The position numbers and the translations under genes were made by a program. From Candidatus Dadabacteria bacterium (lineage in GTDB: Bacteria; Desulfobacterota_D; UBA1144; Nemesobacterales; CSP1-2), in the NCBI GenBank assembly GCA_963805855.1, contig CAWDVW010000006.1:270621-334620 (forward strand): a stretch of 64,000 nucleotides of DNA. Reading direction: 5' to 3'. Below, piece by piece: positions 1 to 10,543 of this stretch (the stretch's first letter is position 1; the number at the start of each line of letters is the position of its first letter). Below the pieces are notes generated by a model. That model was not told the origin of the DNA and did not search any database. It saw only the letters and a program-made list of their open reading frames with translations.

Positions 1-93
1 TGCACGGATGTCACGGATTGCCATGCTCCAGATCATATACCTATTCCTATAAACACTAATAGTAAAATTTAAGAAATCCCTTAAAATTTGCAT
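1..93 (-). CDS. wzm: ABC-2 polysaccharide export permease (Wzm), 5' part only, runs off the window
   Basis: Manual translation from ATG at 93: MQILRDFLNFTISVYRNRYMIWSMAIRDIRA, paralogous to the N-terminus of the Wzm at 9151 (MQIINDFFSFLVMVYHNSYMIKSMAIRDIRA). Bases 1-28 are identical to 9059-9086. Confidence 0.85.
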   Translation of the reverse strand, partial: MQILRDFLNFTISVYRNRYMIWSMAIRDIRA

Positions 94-590
94 TTGCGCT
101 AATTAATCCGCGGTGCAATTCTGACTTGCCTATATTTAAGGCACAAAATAACATTCCGTTAAATTCATCGTATCGGAATTTCATCCATAGCATTTTTCGG
201 TATGCCGATATTCGATATATGGTCAGATACAATAATTAATGGCTTTCATTGACGTGAGAGTAGAATGGGTCTAGTCCCGCTCTCGCAAATTGGATTCGAT
301 CTGTTGACATTAGCTAAAAAAAATCTCATCTGCAGATATCAATAAACCTTCACAGCTACTAACTTAAGATTATTGCTTACGTTAGTTTACTTTACTTAGA
401 TTGACGTTATAAGCACATCCACTGCCATCGCATGTATATATCATTCGCACAAGTTATCCCTTCAAATTGGGCGGCCACAAGTTTAAGCGGAATCGAATCT
501 GAAAGAGTATTATATTGTCTAACATTGAATACACATTTTCAATGGCATTCTTGATAATTACCAATTCTGAAGCTTGTTTGTAACTAATAT

Positions 591-2168
591 TCACGTAGGA
601 GGTATGTTCCGACGGAGGAATTGCTCGTTGCTCGGCAATTGAGGTGTCTCAACAGGCTCGAAATTTGTCATAATGTATCTCCACACGAGGGAATGAGTAT
701 TGCGAAAGCGAAGATCATCCCGTCCATCTAATGCTACATCACGCAGAAGAACCCAGTTTACTCTATTATTTGTCAAATCTTGAATCATAATTTTCTGCTT
801 GTCAATGGTTTCCCGATGAAGTAGATACGTATCATATACGGGGGCCTTGAGTTTTAAGATTGCGTAAAGACCAGGCGAAAAAGGTGCAATGAGTAATCCT
901 TCGCGTGGAGCAACATGCTGGGCAACCAGTCGCTTGACAATGTCAATATAATCGGCCTGGTCTTTTGGCAGCCAAAGCTGATCACCATTGATGCTATACT
1001 GAATTAGTTGATCATTAAATCGGAGTTTGAACATATACGGGTTATCTGTAACGATCATGGCAAAAACAGTGCCAGTAAGAATTAAAACCACTAGACCTAC
1101 AGCCAAGCCTTTATGATGATGTAAGATCAATGTATATAGCAGAGCCACGGAACCTAACAAGAATGGATGGATACTCTCATCGAGATGTGGAAGGTCAGCC
1201 CGGCTAAAAGCGTGATGCAGGTAAAATATTCCTACAAAGGAAGAGGCAATTAGTAACGAATTACGTTGGACATCACTTGATTTGCACCTTAACGACCATA
1301 TGATTGAAAAAACATAAAAAATCGGAATAACCAAAAAGAACAAACCCAAGAAGAAACTGGATGCGCCGTTTAATATATCCAATTGAGTATAGTCAACAGT
1401 CCAAGGCCAGGGGACCGGTAAAAATATATTGGTATGGATAAATCCATTTTTAAGATGTTTTAATACTTTAACAAGGAACGCATCGTACATACCAGAAACA
1501 AAAAGCAGCATAAGCAGCATAGGAATATACCCTGCGATAATCCCGGCACTCCAGACTCCGTATCGCCTAAGTATGTTACTTTGCTTTTCCTTCAGCCACA
1601 TAAAAAGTATGAGCATAAAAAATGCCAAGAAGGTATACAAGCCATGATTACGCCCCATCAGTGCCGCCAGGCCGACAAATAAGCCGGAAAAGAAATAACG
1701 TTTAGAGACTGGTTCTTCGATTAGACAGACCGCTATATAAACTGCTGCCATGGCAACGCTAGGCTCAAATAACTTTTGCCAATGATACATATTCTGCATC
1801 CACACTAGTAATAATAACCCCACGAAACCTAATACCCACCAGTTTTTAACGACTCGTCTAGCGGCTAACAGTCCTAAGGTTAAACCTATTACCTGAAACA
1901 TAGCTAAGGACAGCCGGAAGGCCATAATTCCCTGCCCAAATATTAAACCCCATGCTGCACCCCAGTAATATCGCCCAGGATCATAGGACCGAAAATCTAA
2001 CATGGGGATATCACCAGCCGCCGTGCGAATAGTTCCATACCACACATAGCCTTCATCAGCCAAGTTCAAACCAATATTGGCTTGGAGTAAAAAAGAGAGG
2101 CTTACGAGGACCAGAGCAATTAGAAGCGTATACAAAACTTCATGCTGCTGTGATTTATCTGCTGTCAT
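591..2168 (-). CDS. Polytopic membrane protein, probable GT-C-fold (lipid-linked sugar) glycosyltransferase
   Basis: 525 aa with many hydrophobic segments, a DEG motif in the first loop after TM1 and a soluble C-terminal tail. Lies in a polysaccharide locus with a polyprenyl-phosphate GT2. Confidence 0.55.
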   Translation of the reverse strand: MTADKSQQHEVLYTLLIALVLVSLSFLLQANIGLNLADEGYVWYGTIRTAAGDIPMLDFRSYDPGRYYWGAAWGLIFGQGIMAFRLSLAMFQVIGLTLGLLAARRVVKNWWVLGFVGLLLLVWMQNMYHWQKLFEPSVAMAAVYIAVCLIEEPVSKRYFFSGLFVGLAALMGRNHGLYTFLAFFMLILFMWLKEKQSNILRRYGVWSAGIIAGYIPMLLMLLFVSGMYDAFLVKVLKHLKNGFIHTNIFLPVPWPWTVDYTQLDILNGASSFFLGLFFLVIPIFYVFSIIWSLRCKSSDVQRNSLLIASSFVGIFYLHHAFSRADLPHLDESIHPFLLGSVALLYTLILHHHKGLAVGLVVLILTGTVFAMIVTDNPYMFKLRFNDQLIQYSINGDQLWLPKDQADYIDIVKRLVAQHVAPREGLLIAPFSPGLYAILKLKAPVYDTYLLHRETIDKQKIMIQDLTNNRVNWVLLRDVALDGRDDLRFRNTHSLVWRYIMTNFEPVETPQLPSNEQFLRRNIPPT

Positions 2169-2431
2169 ATTTATGGTAAGTCCGTGTGGTTAGTTATCTC
2201 TTCGAGCTATGAAACCAAAATGCTTCGTAATTTCAGCGCTAAGCTGATTCTTGGATGACGCAAATTTATCTAGTAGATATAAATGAATATTGATACAAAA
2301 TAATTTGACCGATATCTGTGAAATCTCTTTCTTGCTAACTGGCGGCTTTAGTTACTTCCTTAACTGTATCCGAATATAATTGACTATCAGACCTGGTTAT
2401 GGGAGGCCAGAATATTAAAGGCTAGTGGTGA

Positions 2432-3565
2432 TTACCCTCCGAGAATTGTATAAACAGCTTCAACGACCCGTCCAATGTCTCTCTCTTCCATCCCGACCCA
2501 CAGCGGTAAGCGAATCAAACAATTGCTTGCTAATTGCGTGTGTGGTAGATCAGCACTGGCCCTTCCATATCTTTTGCCAGCCGGAGCCGTGTGCAGGGGA
2601 ACATAGTGAAAGAAAGCTTGAATGCCGGCCGCCTCCAAGTGTTCCAATACTAACGTACGATGTTCAAAACTAGGTAAAATCAGGTAATATAAATGCCCAT
2701 TGTGCCGACATTCAGTAGGAACAATGGGGCGACGTACCTGCTTTTGTCCTTCTAGTTCGACAAATGCCTGGTGATAGTGTCTCCATATATCCAACCTATG
2801 TTGAGTAATGAGTTCTGCTCCCTCCAATTGCGCATAGAGATAAGCAGCCGTGATTTCACTGGGCAGAAACGATGAACCTATATCAACCCACGTGTACTTA
2901 TCAACCTGGCCGCGAAAGAATTGACTTCGGTTTGTGCCTTTCTCCCAAATAATCTCAGCCCGCTCAGCCAAATTTGGATAGTTAATGAGCAGGGCTCCTC
3001 CATGACCCGAGATAAGATTTTTGCTCTCGTGAAAACTAAGCGTGGCCATGTGACCTATGCTACCCAGTGGACGCTCCTTATACGTAGACATGATTGTCTG
3101 AGCTGCATCCTCGATCACCAACAAACCGTAACGGTCAGCAATAGCCATAATGGCATCCATCTCGCAAGCCACGCCAGCGTAATGTACTGGCACGATGGCT
3201 TTGGTGCGGGAAGTAATAGCGGCTTCGATCTTAGTTTCGTCAAGATTGAGAGTATCATGGCGAATATCAACAAAGACCGGAACCCCGCCTCGGAGAGCAA
3301 AGGCGTTTGCTGTAGAGACAAACGTGTAAGAGGGCATGATCACTTCATCACCAGGCTGGATATCCCCGAGGATCGCGGCCATCTCGAGAGCACCAGTGCA
3401 AGAGTGCGTTAAAAAGGCACGATGGCAACTGATTTGTCTTTCTAACCACGCATGACATTTCTTCGTGAACACTCCACTGCCCGACAGGTGTCCATTCGCA
3501 ATGGCTTGTTGAATGTAATCTAACTCTCTTCCCACCAAGTGTGGGCGGTTGAAATAAATATACAC
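2432..3565 (-). CDS. wecE: dTDP-4-amino-4,6-dideoxygalactose transaminase (DegT/DnrJ family)
   Basis: Motifs SCTGALEMAA, MPSYTFVSTANAF, EDAAQ, SFHESKN (PLP Lys) and EKGTNRSQFFRGQVDKYTWVDIGSS typical of RffA/WecE. Confidence 0.9.
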   Translation of the reverse strand: MYIYFNRPHLVGRELDYIQQAIANGHLSGSGVFTKKCHAWLERQISCHRAFLTHSCTGALEMAAILGDIQPGDEVIMPSYTFVSTANAFALRGGVPVFVDIRHDTLNLDETKIEAAITSRTKAIVPVHYAGVACEMDAIMAIADRYGLLVIEDAAQTIMSTYKERPLGSIGHMATLSFHESKNLISGHGGALLINYPNLAERAEIIWEKGTNRSQFFRGQVDKYTWVDIGSSFLPSEITAAYLYAQLEGAELITQHRLDIWRHYHQAFVELEGQKQVRRPIVPTECRHNGHLYYLILPSFEHRTLVLEHLEAAGIQAFFHYVPLHTAPAGKRYGRASADLPHTQLASNCLIRLPLWVGMEERDIGRVVEAVYTILGG

Positions 3566-4037
3566 TTAGCTCAACCTTCTAGACTATTTGGCGATTGACG
3601 AAGGCATTTCTGGATATAAAGAAGTGTTTGCAAAAATACGAATTGGAGGAAGGATCTTAACCATAGCAGTAATCAAGAAAATCGCGTATGTAACTTACCG
3701 GTCGCTATTCCCGTTGGTCCCACATAGAGTATACATCGCAGTTCTTCTAGATTTGTAGCAATGAGCGGCCGATAAAACGTGATTTTATTTGTGAGTGACT
3801 CCCATTCGTTAGTTTCCGAATTTTCTTTTGTTTGTAGCTAATTGAAGCAAAGAAAGAATTGACCGTAGCAAGTAGCTTGTTTGTACCGAGCAGATAACAT
3901 GGTGATTAGTCAACAATCATTAATGAGGCAAAAGAGTTGTGTGACTCCAATACTGCTGGCAGAGGAAAATCATACAGTAAACGAAATGATGATTTAGAAT
4001 GGATGATCACATCCTATATTCAACATCATGAATTATA

Positions 4038-4679
4038 TTACACTGAGTGTAACTTAAAGGCCTTAAGAAAATATTGATAAGCCGGTTTTGAAATAAAAGG
4101 TCGCATCTTTGTCCAGTAATGTACCATTTGTATTTTATACTCGATTGATCTTTCTTTGAGTCGGTCTAAAGACTCCAAATTGTTTGCTGTATTAATTTCT
4201 AGCAAAATACTAAATTCTTTTAATGTGATTGGGTAGTTTTCTTCGTGAAATCTATCATAGAAATCGATACGGTTGGTACCATTATTCAACTTGTCGATAT
4301 TGCTGTACAAATCCTTTCTGTCACAAGCACAAAATAAATAGGCATAGTGCTCACTCTCATCCCCGATAAGCGCACGAACTTGATCTCTTGCCTCAAAAGA
4401 TAGACACTGGTAAATAAATCTTTCCGTTCCATAGATGCTGTGAAAGAGTCCCGCCAGACAAATTGTTTCTACATTACCCCAACTTAATAGTAAATTGTAT
4501 GTGCTGATTAAATGATCAAGCAAAGACCTATCCTTGGCATATGTAACTTTGCTTACAGAATGTGTCTCAAGAAACTCGAGTATTGGGGCTGAAATTTTAC
4601 TGGTATCCTCTAACAATCCTAAGTCAGAAATCATATATTTATTGGTATTTTCACCTTTAGTGTCTTTGAATAAGGACAT
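4038..4679 (-). CDS. DUF6817-like protein (putative metal-binding His motifs)
   Basis: RSLLDHLISTYNLLLSWG...CLAGLFHSIYGTE...R..VRALIG..SE..AYLFC pattern recalled for DUF6817. Confidence 0.65.
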   Translation of the reverse strand: MSLFKDTKGENTNKYMISDLGLLEDTSKISAPILEFLETHSVSKVTYAKDRSLLDHLISTYNLLLSWGNVETICLAGLFHSIYGTERFIYQCLSFEARDQVRALIGDESEHYAYLFCACDRKDLYSNIDKLNNGTNRIDFYDRFHEENYPITLKEFSILLEINTANNLESLDRLKERSIEYKIQMVHYWTKMRPFISKPAYQYFLKAFKLHSV

Positions 4680-5406
4680 TACTTATACTGTTCTCCCTTA
4701 ATGGCTTTCTAGAAATCAGATATTAACTCATTTTATGCATAAACCTTTTCTTTTCTCATTATTTCGCAACGATAAGCTCAATCGAGTCATACCTTTCCTG
4801 ACTAGCCACATTTTTCCTTGAAAACAAGCCTTCTTTCCTCCAAGCATAGTCTTATATCTGGCTCGTCGTTGCCCTTTTCTTGTGAATTGACGAACGTCAC
4901 CTGTTAAGGCTCCTACTTGCATCTCCTTTAACTTCCGATTTCAATATCCTCTCTGTTGCTTTAGCCAAGCTAGAGTCTCAATCCTCCTCTCTGGTTCTTA
5001 ATATATCTTATGGTAAGCCCGGTACGAAACGGATGCGTCGTTTAGTTCGATATAGCTTCAGTGTAGTCAACAGTCCGATGCTTCGGCCAATAGAACCCAC
5101 CGTAGTTATTCGACAGCGATGCGTCCTTAAGCACCGGACAATCATTTAATACTAATCTCAGCTGCGTACGCCCCATGTTCGGAGGCCGACTAGTCGACCT
5201 ATCCCCAGCCCTCTTCCCAGGAAATTTCGGCTATGAAATCTGCACGGTGCCTACTGGGCATTCCTGCCAATTTAGGTGAAACTTATATTGACCCGTTGTC
5301 TTTCACAGCCCTGAATTTTAGGACTACTTTCCAATTCTATCAACGTTTTAATGGACTTCTTGGCCATGAAATCTCACATATTCATAGTTTAGGAACAATA
5401 CCAGCA

Positions 5407-6666
5407 TCACCACTCGACACCTTCGATGCCTGTTGGTGTCTCAACCTCTACCACTAGGGTTTCCTGAATTGTACTAATTGTCTCTTGGCAAGCCAATCTA
5501 TCTTTGCCGTAAACTAAAATTGGCCCCAGTCTCATTGTTTTATCTGTAATTCGCCTTATTCGTCTGCCGACCTCAAGATCTGAAAAGTACGCTTTATGCA
5601 CTCCCGACAAGGATTTGACCTTGTCGATGCCACTTATCTGACAAATGATCCCTTCGGGAAGATAAAAACATACATAACCGGCAGCCACACGTTCATAAAG
5701 TTTACTTTTGTCAATCACAACATTTTTTTGTCTTCCAGAGGCGAGCTCGACGAGGAGAGAATTCACATTTAGACCACACACGAGAGGTACCAAATCAGAA
5801 GAGACAAAAACCCCGCCACCCCGTATTGCGGTCTCAATCAAACGTACCTCACCGGTCTCACTGTTAACTAAATAGTCACTGTGCGTGATACCAAATCTTG
5901 GCCCAAAACCTTTAATAAGACGAAAATTCAAGTCCAGAACCTTCTGCTTCAAATCTGCTCTGAGAAGGGATGGGAACATTATTCGCTTCGGGATGAACAT
6001 GTCAGGAAAATCAAAGTAATACGCATCGCCAATCGCCAAATTCGAAAACGCAAAGTCTGATGCAAAGCCTTCTACTCTTACTCCCTTTCCGGAAAAGAAT
6101 TCTTCCAAGATGACTAGCCCACAAGTAGAATAGGCTTTAGCATTTTTAAACTTATCCTCAAGCTCGTCTTTATGGTGCACCATACTGACTCCACGGCTGC
6201 CTTGGCTATCAACAGGCTTAATTACTAGGGGAAAGCCAAGATCCTCTCCTTTTTCACGGGCTTCCTTTAGTGACGAAGCCTGAGAATATTTTGGGACTGG
6301 AACACCAATCACTTCACAAAATTGACGCATCTTGTACTTATTAGTAAAACGCAGGGCGCAATCATACCCAATACCCGGCAACCCTAATTGTTCAGCAACA
6401 TAAGCGACAGCGGAAACAGAAGTATCTGTTTGATCGGTCAATATTCCACATATCCCTTCTAGCCTAGCAATCTCAAGTATCCTCTCTTTTTCGCGTACAT
6501 CGACTTCGTGATATCTATCCGCGATTGAAAATCCGGGGTAATTGCCAGAAATGCTAACCGCTATTGTCTCGAATCCCATTTGCTGCGCTTTTCTGATTAT
6601 CGGGACCTGATATTTCCCAGCTCCAAGGATCATTAACTTCTGCTTGCTCATCAATGTTAATTTCAT
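5407..6666 (-). CDS. ATP-grasp domain ligase
   Basis: LMILGAGKYQ N-terminus, FTNKYKMR, VIKPVDSQGSRGV, LEEFFSG, LIETAIRGGG. Confidence 0.85.
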   Translation of the reverse strand: MKLTLMSKQKLMILGAGKYQVPIIRKAQQMGFETIAVSISGNYPGFSIADRYHEVDVREKERILEIARLEGICGILTDQTDTSVSAVAYVAEQLGLPGIGYDCALRFTNKYKMRQFCEVIGVPVPKYSQASSLKEAREKGEDLGFPLVIKPVDSQGSRGVSMVHHKDELEDKFKNAKAYSTCGLVILEEFFSGKGVRVEGFASDFAFSNLAIGDAYYFDFPDMFIPKRIMFPSLLRADLKQKVLDLNFRLIKGFGPRFGITHSDYLVNSETGEVRLIETAIRGGGVFVSSDLVPLVCGLNVNSLLVELASGRQKNVVIDKSKLYERVAAGYVCFYLPEGIICQISGIDKVKSLSGVHKAYFSDLEVGRRIRRITDKTMRLGPILVYGKDRLACQETISTIQETLVVEVETPTGIEGVEW

Positions 6667-6854
6667 TTGTTTAGAATATCCAATAGTCTAATCACCTGTA
6701 ACCAATTCAAGAAGAGTTTTACACAGGTATTATTCATGGTCTCGAGTCAAAAAGGCTGCGCAGGTAGTTAATGAGCAGGGCCTTCACCACAAAGAGCGTG
6801 TTTGGTTTCGTTGGAGATTAAGTTTGCCTAATGACCAATGCTATCCATCTACGC

Positions 6855-7880
6855 TCATTCTAGCTTAGGCTTCTGGTATAGCTTTCTGATAATGTAAGCA
6901 GGCCTACTTTCAATGCCTGCAATTATCCTCGTTAAATACTCACCGGTCACCCCTACTGAAAATAGGATTAGACCATTGGCAATTAAAACGACTAGAATTA
7001 GCGATGTCCAACCCGGAACAGATATATCAAATATTAAACTCCTGAAGATATAAAAAATGCTTAGTACAAGACTGATTACTGATACACTAATCCCTATAAT
7101 GGTTATAATTCTTGGGAGGAAGGCAGAATTGTTAATCAATAAATTAGAAAAAGTTTGCAGCCCTTTGCTGAAGGAGTAATTTGAATCTCCAAACTTTCGC
7201 GTGCCGTGCTCAACGTTAACAGTGGCGATATCCCGTGTGGTGTGCAGAATCAATGACGAAATAATTGGGTAGGGCGTTTTAATTCTTAACATCGATTTTA
7301 CGATGGCTGACTTATAAAGCCTGAAGGGCCCCATTTGAATATGAGAGGGTTTACCGAGCAGTTTGTAGTCGAACCAGCCCTTGGTACTACTGGTAAGCTT
7401 CTTGAACCAAGAATGTTGTTTGGTAGCAAAGGCTCCCATAACAACATCATGTTCCTTTCTTTCTATAAATTTTGGTATATCCTCTGGGAAATGTTGCAAG
7501 TCGTCATCTAGCGTGAAAATGTAATCTCCTTGGGCTTGTTCAAATCCACACATGACGGCACCAGGCTTACCAAAATTTCGCATCAGTTGAACGATTTTGA
7601 CGTGATTATATTTATCTGCCAAGCATTTCATGGTCGGCCACGTTTCGGGATTTGGGGAACCATCATCGACCAATATAACCTCATACGTTTCGTGGACAAT
7701 GTTACCGAAAACATTATCCAAACGCTCGACCAATTCGACTAACGATGTGGTACTGTTATAAACCGGAATCACCACGGAATAGGTAGTTCTATCTAGAGAC
7801 ATTTCTAGTAGTTCGTAACATGGATTTAATTCTTTGGTAAGTCTTTGGAAAAATGTACTAAAGCATTTGGCTTTCTCCAT
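6855..7880 (-). CDS. GT2 polyprenyl-phosphate glycosyltransferase (ArnC/GtrB-like)
   Basis: SVVIPVYNS, LVDDGSP, RNFGK, TLDDDLQH, two C-terminal TM helices and GEYLTRI. The true start may be the internal Met of MSLDRTT. Confidence 0.88.
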   Translation of the reverse strand: MEKAKCFSTFFQRLTKELNPCYELLEMSLDRTTYSVVIPVYNSTTSLVELVERLDNVFGNIVHETYEVILVDDGSPNPETWPTMKCLADKYNHVKIVQLMRNFGKPGAVMCGFEQAQGDYIFTLDDDLQHFPEDIPKFIERKEHDVVMGAFATKQHSWFKKLTSSTKGWFDYKLLGKPSHIQMGPFRLYKSAIVKSMLRIKTPYPIISSLILHTTRDIATVNVEHGTRKFGDSNYSFSKGLQTFSNLLINNSAFLPRIITIIGISVSVISLVLSIFYIFRSLIFDISVPGWTSLILVVLIANGLILFSVGVTGEYLTRIIAGIESRPAYIIRKLYQKPKLE

Positions 7881-8338
7881 CTAAGTGGGTTTGGATATAT
7901 CTCAGCCGCTGTATTTCTTCTCGAATTTGACTGGAAGTCCTCGGTTGCTCTCACAACAGGCCCCGCAATGTCAAAATGATGAATAGATTTTGTTAGGGAG
8001 CATAAAAAGATGACGGGTAAAATAGTTTAGAGCTTAAATTCACGGGTGATTGAGGAGCCTACCTTTTTAATTACAGTGGCCTTGGCCAATTTCCCTTTTG
8101 ATCAGCATCCTTGTTTATGTTACGAAATCTCAAACACCTCTGGTGGGAATTGTAATACCTCGCAGTCGAGTATCCTTGTTAAAAGACCGTAAAATGCACC
8201 GCGTCAGTTGTTACACTCAGACTCTGTCATGCAGGTCTTGTTAAGTCGCGACCTTGAAATCATTAGCTGGAGAAGTTTTTTGTAAAAGTTGCAATACCAG
8301 CTTTCTTTTCAGTTTCCGACAAGATTTAAGAAGTAAGC

Positions 8339-9151
8339 TCATAGTGCATTTGCTAAGGCGGGTTTTAGTTTCCTAAAGATCAGCCCACCTACTGCAAACG
8401 TGACGAGTCCTAGTAACAAGAGGTATAAGAGTCCTTAAATATTTACATTTAAGGTTCCCAAAAATCCTGCACGATAACCTTCTACGGAATAAAGCATAGG
8501 ATTCAAACCGAAAAGAAGTTGCAAATTTTCTGGAATGCCATGCCTCGGATAGACTATCGGAGTTAAGAAGAACCAAATATTCACAAGCACACCAATGACC
8601 TGCCCGATGTCTCGCAGAAAAACGTTGAGTGCAGAGAGCATCCAAGATAATCCGAGAGCAAATATTGCAGTTGTGAGTAATATTGGAATGATCAATAGAA
8701 TTTTTAATGTTATACTATACCCAAAAAACACAAGAAGACCGATAAAAATCACCACACCGATTAAGTGATTGATAATGGCTGCAATAAGAAGTGTAAAAGG
8801 CAATATCTCAGATGGAAATACGGTCTTACTGACCAAGCTCGACTGCTCTAGGACCGCTCCTGGAGATCGAGTTAAGACATCCGCGAAAAACATCCAAGGC
8901 AGTAGACCGGCTACCAGCCAAACTGCGAAATTGGTTCCACCGTATTCGGGTCCTAATTTTATTTTTAAAATTACAGAAAACACAAAATAGTAAATGAGAA
9001 GTTGTGTTAGAGGATGAATGATTGACCAGAAAATCCCAAGAAATGATCCAACATACCTTGCACGGATGTCACGGATTGCCATGCTCTTTATCATGTAGGA
9101 GTTATGATACACCATAACAAGAAAACTAAAGAAATCGTTTATGATTTGCAT
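8339..9151 (-). pseudogene. wzm: Wzm ABC-2 permease with premature in-frame TAA at 8435-8437
   Basis: RARYVGSFLGIFWSIIHPL, WFFLTPIVYP and NPM motifs. The same frame continues past the TAA as GLLYLLLLGLVTFAVGGLIFRKLKPALANAL*, a typical last TM helix and C-terminus. Confidence 0.8.
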
Positions 9152-9264
9152 ATCAAATTTTGATTTCGAGCTTAGCGTTAGCAATCTTAAGCCTTTTCTT
9201 TCGGCAACACTTTGAGCTAATTATAATTCGCTCGTCTAAAAGAAGTACTAAGTATCTTGTGAAA

Positions 9265-10094
9265 TCATGTTTCTAAAGTAAATTCCTTTAGAGCGTCCTC
9301 CCACAATGGCATGATGATACTGACTTTCCTAAGCCGCGCGTTACTTAGTACTGAATAAGAAGGTCTTTGGGCAGCTCTTGAGATTTCACACGTTTTTATA
9401 GGGATAATTTCTGTACCAAAACTACTAAATTTCACGATTTGTTGAGCAAAATCATACCAGGAACAATCTCCCTCTCCGGAAGCATGATAGATTCCATAAT
9501 CATCGATGGGGATCAATTTGTTAATGCATTCTGCCAGGTCCCTTGCATAGGTAGGACAGCCTATCTGGTCGTTGACAACTTTTATTTCTTCCTTAACTTT
9601 CGCAAGGTCTAAAATCGTATTAACAAAGTTCTTCTCTGAGTTGCCATAAAGCCAGGACGTCCTAATTACAAAAAATCTGGAACAGATATCCTTTACAAGA
9701 TCCTCTCCACTTAATTTTGTTTTTCCGTAGACATTCAATGGATTTGGTGCATCTGTCTCTATATATGGCTCCCTTTTTCGACCGTCAAATACATAATCAG
9801 TTGACATATAAAATTAGTTTTGCCTTGATTTCTTCGGATGCGGTGGCGACGTTCTCAGTTCCTAAGGAATTTACATCCCATGCAAGCTCCGGATTTTCTT
9901 CACACCCGTCGACATCGGTATAGGCAGCCGTGTGTATTATGATTTCGGGTTTTAGTTCTATAATCTTTGGTATTATTTCAGAGTCTGTAATATCTATTTC
10001 ATTGTGGGTTGGAGTAAGGAGCTCATCCACGTTTAAAACGTTTCTTAGTTCTCTGCCCAAGCTGACCGGTTGCGCCGGTAATTAGTATTCTCAT
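9265..10094 (-). CDS. rmlD: dTDP-4-dehydrorhamnose reductase (two single-base frameshifts, ~10060 and ~9810)
   Basis: MRILITGATGQLG from ATG 10094, HTAAYTDVDGCE, STDYVFDG, YGKTK and RPSYSVL are spread over three frames. Removing one G and one T from short homopolymers restores the frame. Confidence 0.88.
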
Positions 10095-10118
10095 CGTTCG
10101 ACTGTTTTTCTATCTAAA

Positions 10119-10150
10119 TATTCAGCCACAAAGACACTAAGACACTAAGA
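10119..10150. repeat. Left inverted repeat of the GxxExxY gene (TATTCAGC + 3 x CACWAAGR)
   Basis: tattcagccacaaagacactaagacactaag matches the reverse complement of 10551-10581 at 25/31 positions. Confidence 0.85.
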
Positions 10151-10543
10151 TTATAGAATAATTCTTTTAATACCATCCTTAATAAGTGACACGTTAAAAT
10201 TGATGAGAAAACCGAGACGCTTGCAACTCAATTTTAAATAACTCAGTATTTGTGCTTCCCATACAGGATTCATCTCGTCTACCGCTTTCAGTTCACAAAT
10301 GATCAACTCTTCCACCAAAACGTCTAATCGTAGCCCTTCATCAAACACAATCCCGTCATATACGATCGGGATATCCACCTGCCTTTGATATGTTAACTCT
10401 CGTTTAAATAGCTCGTGGCAGAAACATATTTCATAAACTCTTTCCAACAAGCCCGGCCCTAATTTCTTATGCACAGTATACGCGGAATCTACTATTTTCT
10501 GAGCAATTGATTCTTCTCTTTCTGATAGAGCTTTAAAATTCAT
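10151..10543 (-). CDS. GxxExxY protein (PD-(D/E)XK-like putative nuclease)
   Basis: 130 aa with LGPGLLERVY (GxxExxY), RLDVLVE..IICELKA, AQILSYLK and GFLINFN. Confidence 0.93.
   Translation of the reverse strand: MNFKALSEREESIAQKIVDSAYTVHKKLGPGLLERVYEICFCHELFKRELTYQRQVDIPIVYDGIVFDEGLRLDVLVEELIICELKAVDEMNPVWEAQILSYLKLSCKRLGFLINFNVSLIKDGIKRIIL

Noticed and set aside
4728-5400. 64-aa ORF and possible decayed gene between the ATP-grasp and DUF6817-like genes
   Set aside because: No recognisable family similarity; cannot be supported.
7881-8338. wzt remnant after the first wzm
   Set aside because: The ORF starting at the overlapping ATG is short and no ABC ATPase motif was recognised.
8435-8437. 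Stop-codon recoding in wzm
   Set aside because: The codon is TAA, which terminates many other genes in this window. Mutation or base error is simpler.
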